Source: an uncultured virus (IMG/VR IMGVR_UViG_3300044611_002008) (Duplodnaviria; Heunggongvirae; Uroviricota; Caudoviricetes). Taken from it: a stretch of DNA of 64,000 bases. Below, one piece after another: positions 46,692 through 56,600 of the stretch. The position numbers were made by a program, and so were the translations under genes. A model generated the notes under the pieces. That model had not been told where the DNA came from. It did no database searches and saw nothing but the letters and a program-made list of their open reading frames with translations. Position 1 is the first letter of the stretch. The number at the start of each line of letters is the position of its first letter. The stretch covers positions 1 through 64,000 of the IMG/VR virus record IMGVR_UViG_3300044611_002008; one strand, 5' to 3'.

Positions 46692-47565
46692 AACTTTTAA
46701 GGTTAAGATCAACGATAGTGATAGAGAAGTACTGGTTCGTACCCCTTCTTTAAATGACCAGAGAGAAGCTCAAAAGGTTTATAACCAGGCCTTTACAGAC
46801 GCTATAAAGAGCAAGAGCGTGGTTCGGGCCAAGCTCGATGACTTACTAGAAGATCAGGGACTATGGAATGCTGAAAAGCAAAAGAAGTTTAACGAGCTTC
46901 AAAAGGAGCTACTAGAGGGCGAAAAGAAACTAGCTAAGGGCGGATTTGGCCTAAATGAAGCTAAGGATCTTGCCATTCGCATGAAGGTTATTAGAGACGA
47001 AATCAGAGATTTAATAAGCGTACGAACCTCTTTAGATAACCATAGTGCAGAAGGACAGGCAGATAATGCTAGATTTAATTATTTAGTATCATCATGCGTG
47101 GTGTATAATGATACCAAAGAGACTGTTTTTTCTAGCTTGGAAGACTATATGAATAGAGCCACAGAAGAGGTGGCAATATTGGCCGCCCAGAATTTGGCTA
47201 ATATGTTATATGGTTTGGATAACGATTATGAATCTAACTTGCCAGAAAATAAGTTCCTTAAAAAGTATAGATTTGTTGATGATAAATTAAGACTAGTGGA
47301 CAAAAAAGGAAGACTGATAGACGCGGAAGGCAGGCTAGTCAATGAAGACGGTAGATTTATTGATGAAGAAGGCAATTTTGTAGATAAGTTCGGCAATAAG
47401 GTAGATAAAGATGGTGATTATGTTGTTGACCCTCAACCGTTTTTAGATGAAAATGGAAATCCTGTCATTTTGGACGAAGCAAACAATGATAAACAAGAAC
47501 CAAATACTGAATCTGACAAGACTACAGATCAGTCATCAACAGAAAACACAGAGTCTACCACATAA
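46681..47565 (+). CDS. Putative tail assembly chaperone with DxxG repeats (probable start 46681)
   Basis: GGAG at 46668-46671; directly before TMP; C-terminal 7-aa [VI][DN]xxGxx repeats. Confidence 0.55.
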   Translation: MKTKTFKVKINDSDREVLVRTPSLNDQREAQKVYNQAFTDAIKSKSVVRAKLDDLLEDQGLWNAEKQKKFNELQKELLEGEKKLAKGGFGLNEAKDLAIRMKVIRDEIRDLISVRTSLDNHSAEGQADNARFNYLVSSCVVYNDTKETVFSSLEDYMNRATEEVAILAAQNLANMLYGLDNDYESNLPENKFLKKYRFVDDKLRLVDKKGRLIDAEGRLVNEDGRFIDEEGNFVDKFGNKVDKDGDYVVDPQPFLDENGNPVILDEANNDKQEPNTESDKTTDQSSTENTESTT

Positions 47566-47594
47566 TTCTTTGTTGCTATCAGATAGTTTTCATT

Positions 47595-47639
47595 CAGAAT
47601 CCCTAGCGTCTTTTATTGATTCTAGGGATTTTGTTTTTT
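47595..47639 (+). terminator. Rho-independent terminator before the tape measure gene
   Basis: Stem CAGAATCCCTAG / CTAGGGATTTTG (12 bp, one G-U) followed by a T tract. Confidence 0.78.
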
Positions 47640-47665
47640 ATTATCCTCCAATTGTATAAAATATT

Positions 47666-50600
47666 ATGTCACAATCGTTTAATTTAACAGCCCAGCTAAA
47701 TTTAAGAGGACCATCTAATGTTAGAAATATTGTATCTGATATTAGAAGACAATTGGGGTCAATTTCCGCAGATGTGAACTTACGATTGGACCAAAATGCC
47801 TCACGCAATGTTACTCAGCTCAATGCTGCTTTAAGAAATCTTAACAATACTTTTGGCACTACTCAGACAGCGGCCAGAAATGCTGCAAATGCTATTAGAG
47901 ATTTTTCTCAGGCGGTCGGTAATGCCGGAGTGGCTAATTTACCAAGACAGCTCAATAATGTCGTTACCGCTACACAAAGAGTCGGAGCTACTAGCACCAC
48001 AGCGGCCAGACAGTTAAATGTTGCTAGAACAGAAATGGAAGAGTTCGGAAGACAGTCGGCCTTAGCTATTAGAAGATTTGCTGCATTTAGCTTAGCCACC
48101 GGCGCCGTATTTTCTTTTACAGGAGCCATCAATAAAGGCATAGCCGCATTTATCGAGTTTGATAAAGAATTCGTTAAGCTGCAACAGGTTACAGGCGAAT
48201 CTGCAGATGGTCTTAAGAGACTATCGAATACTATTACGTCATTATCTGTTGATTTTGGAGTAGCATCAGGAGACCTTATCAAAGTATCATCAACATTAGC
48301 CCAGGCCGGTTTAAGCGCCAAAGATACCGAGAGAGCATTAAAAGCATTGGCTCTTAGTGCTTTAGCTCCGTCTTTTGATGATATGAATAAAACGGTGGAA
48401 GGCTCTATTGCTTTGATGAGACAGTTCGGCATTGGAGCGTCTGATCTAGAAAAAGCGCTAGGCTCTGTTAACTCGGTTGCTGCCAGATTCGCAGTAGAAG
48501 CCAGCGATATTATAGCCGCTATTCAGCGTACTGGTGGAGTGTTCGCTTCTGCTAGTAATGGAGTTAGTCAGGGTACCGATGCTCTTAATGAGTTTATAGC
48601 GGTATTTACTAGTATACGAGCCACTACTCGTGAAAGCGCAGAAACTATTGCTACTGGTTTACGTACTATTTTTACTAGAGTTCAAAGAGGAGGAACTATA
48701 GAGGCTCTGAAAGAATTCGGGGTTAATCTAACCGATGCAGAGGGCAAGTTCGTTGGAGCATATAAGGCTGTTGAGTTATTGTCTAGAGGATTAAATCAAA
48801 TAGATCCGAGAGATTTAAAGTTTTCTCAGATTGTTGAGGAGCTTGGCGGCTTCCGTCAGATCGGTAAGGTTATTCCATTAATTCAGCAATTCGGAACAGC
48901 CCAGGAAGCTTTGAAGGTAGCACAGACTGGGCAGGGGTCTTTGGCGGCAGACGCGGCAACAGCCCAGTTGTCCCTGGCTAATCAGATAGCCAAAGTAAGA
49001 GAAGAATTTACTGCTCTTGTAAGAGATATTGGTGGCTCAGATACTTTTCAGACACTGGCAAAGGGAGCGCTGCAGCTCGCTAGTGGTTTGATTCAAGTAG
49101 CGGATAGCGTTAAAGGAGTTTTGCCTATTCTTGGATTGATGATGGCCGTTAGAGGAGCTAGTGTAGCGACTCAATATGGTTCTGGTTTTATAGGAGGTCT
49201 TCGTAGAGGCAACGCTGGGGGAGCAGCTGCTCCTAGAAGAAATGCTTATGGGGGTTATATAAGTAGATATAAAAAAGGAGGACCAGTAGATGTTCCAGTT
49301 GCTTTGATGCCGGGAGAGGCCGTGGTATATCCTGAAGCGGTTAAAGAAGTAGGCGTATCTAAATTAAGAAAAATGAATTATGCAGACAGAAAACCTATGG
49401 CCAAAGGAGGTAAGGTTGGATTGGTTCCAGGATCTGGCAATACCGATAGTTTTTATACTACTCTTCCAGAAGGTAGTTTTGTTATAAGAAAAAAGGCTAC
49501 GGAAGCACTCGGTGGACCAGAAGGTATTTTAGGGTCTTCGGGTTATCAATACGGCGGTTCTGTGCAAAGATTCCGCGGAGGATCTTCTTCCGGTCTCAAG
49601 GAGACGCAAAGAACTCACATAGGACCAAAAGTTCCTCTTAGTTATCGAGAGGCGATGGCAGCGAAAAAAAGAGGCACCGGTTCACTAAAGGTGGTGAGTG
49701 GTAAAACAGAAAGACAAATTAATTTTGAACCCAATATATCTACGTTAATAAATCAGAGACTTAGAAGAAAGACAGGAAAAACTGGAGTTACTAAAAAAGA
49801 GTTAGTCGAAGACATCTCAAAAAGATCCCCCGAACAACTTTTTGGCGATGGAGGCGTACCATCTGTTATATTCAAAGAGTTGCTTGCATCAAAAAAGCTT
49901 GAGGGTCTTAAGACGGCCTTGTTGAGAGGTGTTAAGTCTAGATCTGTACCTCAGACTCTAAGATCAGACTCAGAATTAGACTTTATTCTGGAAAAGAATA
50001 TTAAACCATATTTATCTAAAATTAATACTCAGGTCGGTAGTTTGTGGGATGAATTAATGCAGTACCAGGCGCTCACCAATCCTAGAGAGGTTGGTGGTCG
50101 TACAACCCTCCCAGCTGTTAAAAAGGTTTTAGGAAAATCTTTCGGCTCAACTTTTGCATCTGGAGGTCTTATACAAAAATTTGCCAGAGGTACCTCTAAG
50201 CCTTTGGAGGCCATGGGTAAGGCTGATTTACTTAAGGAAGCAGAAAGGCTAGGAGTCAATATTCCTATAGAGCTTAGACGTTTTCTAGATCCAAGAGCAA
50301 AGGGGTCTGAACAGACCAGAGCAAAGATCATTAAAGATCTACAAGAAAAAAGAACTATCACCAAAACATCCGAAGAGAATATTGCCAATAGGGCTAAAAA
50401 CAGAAAATTAGCCGTTGTTGGACTACGAGGCGATACGTCCTCTTCTACCGTTACGACTCCGGGACTTAAAGATAAAACAGGAAGACAAAGATTACGAGGG
50501 GTCCCAGCGACCCTGCAAACCGGCAGTCTACCAAATGATCTAGCGACACAAGTGGAAGATATTATACGTTCTCAATCAGAAAGCATAGTAGCTCAAATAG

Positions 50601-53600
50601 GTCAAGCTATTGCCAAAGCCGCCGGAACAACACCTATTACGGACCAAAAAAGAATTAGTGAAATTTTAACTAAACAGTTACCCAATTTATCTGGATTGAT
50701 GTTTGAGAGCGGATTGGCTGTTGCTGGGGCTCCATATGATCCTAAATCAAAAGCTATTGATTTTAATATGGGATTAGGTAAAAAATTAGCAAACCTTTTT
50801 GGAGTAGATCCTAAAGCATTAACAGACGCCACAAATGATGCAACAAAAGAACAGGCTAAAAGAAAACTTACAAAAGGACAATTTGATAGAGGTCGTAGAG
50901 ATAAGTTAAGGACTAAAAGATTATCTAGAGCTCTTGGTGGTTTTATAGCTATGGCTAAAGGAGGCATGCCTTTAGTAGACGATCTCCCCAACGCTCCTGG
51001 ATCTATGTTGCCGATGCCTGGTATGAAACCTGGTTCTCCATTATATGAAATAATACGTAATGGAGGAGGGGCTATTGATTATGATAGGACTTTGCAAAGA
51101 ACCACTGGAGATGCAGCATATGCAAGCGCAAAAACTCCAGAACAAAAAGAAGCGGTTTTAACCAAATATTTCAGAGACCCCCAAGCAAGAATCAAAGATG
51201 CTCAAAGTGCTAGATTAACACAATTTGGCAAACAATTACAAGAGCTAGTCAAAAAGGGCGTTATACAGCCGAAAAACTTATCTATAATTAGTAAATCTAG
51301 TAGAACTCCTGGATTAGCTGAGCATATTAATCAATTATTCGGTATACCTGTTCAAAATATGGTATTTACCAGAGGAGGTAGCAAATTACCCGCTCTTGAA
51401 GCACTAAGAACTAAAGGGCCTAGAATAAATAGAGTAGCTAGGGCTTCTGGCGGAGAAGTCCCCATCATGGCTCAGGAAGGGGAATATGTTATTAATAGAA
51501 AATCCGCAAAAGCTATAGGATATGGCAATCTTCATACATTAAATAAATATCATAGTGGTGGAATAGTACAAAGATTTGCTAGAGGTTCCGATTCTCCTCT
51601 TAAGATGGCTATGTCAGGGCAGGGTAGGGTTCAAATAGCCAAACAATTGATGGATCAGGGCATGTCTGCTGCCAAAGCATTGGCCGAGGCAACTAAAGCT
51701 ATTGAGTCTATGTCTCAGGCGGCTCAACAAACGGCTGCGAGTCTTAAAAAACAATCTCAGAGCGTTGGTTACAGAGGTATGAATGTGTTAGCCGGTAGAG
51801 GAGTGGATATTACTACCGGAGGCGTTCTTGATCAAGCAAAAGAAAAAGAATATAGAGACAATCAAAGAGCTAATAGGGTTGTAAGGAGAGCTTCTAGAAC
51901 AAGATTAGCTGTTGATACTAATGCTTATGGTCCTTTGCTGCCTGGCCAAAAGGGTGTTGTTACCAGAACTCCTAGCGCTATAGATAATGCTAGAAACGAA
52001 GCCGTTCAATCGGTATTAGGCAGAGAACGAGCTGGCGGAGCGGGTTCAGTAAAACAAATGATGAGAACTCAATTATCGAATGATAGAAGCTCCCTCAGAG
52101 ACAGAGTAGCAGCAAGATTCAAAGACAGATACGATGCCGCGTCCGATCCAGCAGAAAAACAAAAGGTTCAAGATAGAGCTAACAAAGTATTTGCTAGAGC
52201 TAATCAATCATTAACGGCAAATGCTCAACAAAATTATGTACAGCAAATCAATGCTAAGATGCAGATTGCTCAACAAGCCGCTGCTGATGACGCTGCTGCT
52301 AGAATTCGTATTGCTAATTTTGCTAAACAAAGCGCCACTGCGGCACAACAACAGCCAACGCTATTTCAAAAAATTACTCAGGGAATTAGTAAAATGGCGA
52401 CGGCCGCACAAAAGTCTGCTGGTTTTGGCGGCGGATCAGGAGGAGGACTAATACCTTCTGGCAGCAGAGGAGCAAATATGATGGCCCAGGCTAGAGATGC
52501 TAGGGCTCAAGGTTTACGAGGTCAGGCTTTTAGAGATAGCATGGCAGGATCGGCTGGCGGAGGTATAGGTAGTAAAATAGGAAATGCGGCTATGGGGCTT
52601 TCCTTTGCCATACCAATGATCGCAGATCAGTTTACGACAGCAGACCCAAAAACAGCAGAGCAGGCTAAGAACAATGCTATGATATCTGGTAGTAGCACAG
52701 CTATTGGTAGCGCAGCTATGCTTGCCTCTATGGGTCCTGTTGGCATAGCTGCTGGTATAGTAGCCGGAGCAGCAGGATTAGCTAAAGCATTTACAGACGC
52801 AGAAAATGCAGCAAATGATTTTAATAGAGGTTTAAAGGTAGATAAATTAGAGCAAACGCTTGAGGCAGCAGCCAAGTCCCTAGATAAATTCTCTAAAGAC
52901 ATAAAGAACAACGTATTTGCTACAGACGCCAAGAAAAATGTAGTAGAAGCCACTAAACAAGCCCAAGCTATCACAGACTCAGACTCACAAACAGTAAAAA
53001 GAGGACTATTTAATTTTTTTGACACTGCCGATAATGGTACGAGCTCAGAGAAACGAGCGGCAGCAGAAAGATCTCAAATATTGGATAAACAAGGGATAAT
53101 GGCATATTTGCGTTCTACAGAGATGTTTGGTGGGGAAGACGCTAAATCCAACCGGGCGTTTTCAATGAGTCAAAATATACCAGAACTATCTAGAGAAAGA
53201 GCGAAGAATTTTACCGGAGCGGCTGATGCCTCCAGACAATTTATAACAAGTAAAATCAGATCAGGATCTTCTATTGAAGGTCTCAAATCGGACAAAGATT
53301 TTGCTGGTTTCACTAAAAGCTTAGCTCTTGCAGACGCAGCGCTACAAGAACAAATTCTAACTATACAAAATAATACTTCGTTAGAAGAAAATAAAAAGAA
53401 AGCTCTCATAGATAGTACTATTGCGACAGTAGCAGACGCTAAAGCCAGAGAAATTCAGTCTCAAACTCTAAAAGAGATGGATCTAGAAGCTCTTAGCAAG
53501 TCTACTATTGTTTTACAAAATAGCTTAGAGAGAATGTTTCAAAATATGGAACAGTCTATTATGGCGAATGCTTTTGCGCTAGATAAGCTTACCGCTAGTG

Positions 53601-56600
53601 CAGAGCTCACCACCTCAGCACTATCAGGATCTGCCAGGGTAGGATCTGTAAAGCTAGATAGTATAAACGTATTGCAAAATAGTAGAGCTTATGGGGCTAA
53701 TGCGAATGCGGGAGCTGTAGACCAGGCAGCTTCTATGTTCGGCAGCGAAGCTAAGTCAATGAAAGGGATATTACAGGTTTCTGGTAGACTTGAGGATACG
53801 TTATTATCTACAATCAATAGTACTTTAAAAAATAATCCATCCGCAAGTAACGAGGCCGTTGGTATCAAATTAGACCAAGCTATATTTAAAGCTTTAAACG
53901 ACTTAGAGCTGCCACCAGACCTATCAACTAAATTATCTGGCGAGGTAAAGAGCGCCGTACAGGATATGAGGAAATCTGGGGATGATAAAATTGATTTTAG
54001 TCAATTGGTAGAAAAAATTCCACAACTCGGAAACGTTGTAGACAGTGCAAAGAGAGCTCAAGAAACTGCGATACGAGCTCTAGAAAACTGGCAGAATGCA
54101 CTAAACGATTATGCCAATACAACTAATCAATTGATAGATCTACAAATTGATAGTAATCAAAAGCTAAGACGAGCTACTGATACCCTGGTTTCTGGGCAAA
54201 ATGAGCTTAATAGAGTTTTAGGTAAAACAGTATCATTACAAAGCGTAGTGGCTGACACTAGAGCTGCAACTGCGTCTCAGACCGGAGGCCCAACATCTGC
54301 TGTAGATATTAGAAGACAGATACAAGATTTAGAATTGACCAGACAATCTCAACAATCAAGATCCGACGCCGCCGCTCAAAAGGGTTTTTCTGGTAAAGAC
54401 GAATTTATGATGATGCAGGGAAGGCTGAGGGAAACAAGTGTTGCGTTAAGAGAGTCATACGATGCGCTTAAAGGCCTTAGCGAAAACACTACTGTTGCTA
54501 GTGCAGCGTTAAATAAAATGTCGGAGATTCAACAGAAGCAACAAGCTGGAGTAGCCATCATTGAGAAATTGGTCACCAGCACCCCAGCAGAAATTAATAA
54601 ATTTAATCAGGCCTTGGCTAGATTAGATAACAATATGAAGGGTCGGGCTAATTTTGGGACCAATGCCGACCAGAGACGCGACAGCCTAGAAGCTTTTAAC
54701 ATGATCATGCCGTTTCTCGGAGATAAGCAGAGTGGTATGAAGGCCAATGTTCTAGAATCTATGCTTAGAGAATCTGGCATAAACTCTTCGCCAATGATGC
54801 AGCAAGTGATAGATTCTTTAAGAAATCCAGAAGCCGATCCACAAATGGCAGAAGCTATAGGTATATATAGAGAAGCGCTAGCTGAACAAGCATTTGCAAA
54901 TGAACAGTTAGCTGCCTTGAATCAGCTTATTGCGGAGAATAATTCTGACACCGCCGCTGTTAAATTAGCTACAGCTATCGGAGGTGTCTCATTAAACTTT
55001 GAAAGCAGGCAACTGCAAGATATTAATGATAATATTAAAAATTTAATTACTGTTGTTAAAAATAATAGGGAGGATAAGAAGCCAGCAGCAGCTGAGGCAG
55101 AGATGCTCGCAAGAGGAGGTGTTGTATATGCTTCCGCGGGTCAGTTAATTAATTTTGCTCCAAAGGGGACGGATACAGTACCGGCTATGTTGACCCCAGG
55201 AGAATTTGTTGTCAATAGATCTGCTACTCAAAAAAATCTACCTCTTTTAAAATCTATTAACAATGGATACTCGAATGGTGGAAGAGTACAGTACTATAAT
55301 CAAGGAGGTTTAGTATTTGGCGGAGGTTGGGGATTGGATCAAAAGCAAGATGCGGAAAAGCAGGCCGGGATTCAACAACAAGAGACAGCGACACAATATC
55401 CAGACATATTATCTCTTAACGCTAATCCATATGACCACATGACAAAGGCCGTCGCTCTGCCGGGGTATTTTTACGCCTCGAATCCGGCACCAGGAGATAT
55501 TTCAGATTGGTTCAGTCCTAAAGTTGGACGGAAGCCTTTGGTGAGTATCGGCGCCAATGCGAGTTTAGGAGCATCTTATGATACTATTAGTATGACTACA
55601 GAGGATGATCGACCTACGATTGAGAAAAGAACTACTTTTACAGGTCCCATAGATGTGGGTTATGTGCCGCAATCAGATTTTTTTGATAATGTAATATCTG
55701 AGAGAGATATTCAAAGAAAAAAACATATCACAAAAAATCAAATAGAGGACTATAAAAATAAATTAGAAACGCTGTTAAAACTTAAAAGATTTGTTGTGCA
55801 AAGTTCTGATGCCGGTACGTTTATGGGGTCTATTGACACAGGTTCAAAAAAAATAGCCACAAAAGTAGACGCGGATAATAGACCTAAAATAGAGCCAACT
55901 ATTGAAGTGGGTAAATATGTCAATAGAGGATTGTCTAGTGTGCCACTAGTAACACTGAGCGGTCTAACAAAAACCACTAACGGTCTTTATGGCCTATACT
56001 CAGTAGCAGATCTAGAAGGAGAAGGGTCTTCTGGTCAAAATACTAATGCTGGAAACCCTTATGGTTTTACAAATAGATCAACAGCCACTACTATCATTTC
56101 TCCGGACATGAAGGTGGTTGCCGGGTTATCCAATATGAAGCATGATACTGTTGATCCGTCTATAGGCATGGCATTATCTAAATACGTCACTAATTATGAC
56201 GGTATGGCTAAGGCTACTGGTCCGATAATGCAAAACAATATCCAGTCATTATCAAGAGTATTTGATGCTTTGTCTCAAACTAAGATTCCAGAGATCGAGG
56301 CAGACGGTTCGATTTCTGAACCATTGAAAGAAACCGATTCTTCCTTAAAGAATAAAACATATATTAACAAATTACAACAGCTATTATCTGGTGCAATATT
56401 TTCGGCTCAATTCGATGAGACAGAAATTAAGGGTAAAGACAATGTTAAACCACCAATAACATTATTTAATTTAACGGCCGATAAATGGAATAATTTAGCT
56501 AATTCTTTTAAAAATTATCAGCCTGCGCCGCCCACCAATAGCTATGCTGAAAACAGTAGTAATTTTATACCTATAAATCCAGCGCAAAAATCACTACCGT

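Noticed and set aside
44118..47565. Contractile tail sheath gene or programmed -1 frameshift
   Set aside because: No sheath-sized ORF near the tube gene and no overlapping G/T ORF pair with a convincing slippery site.
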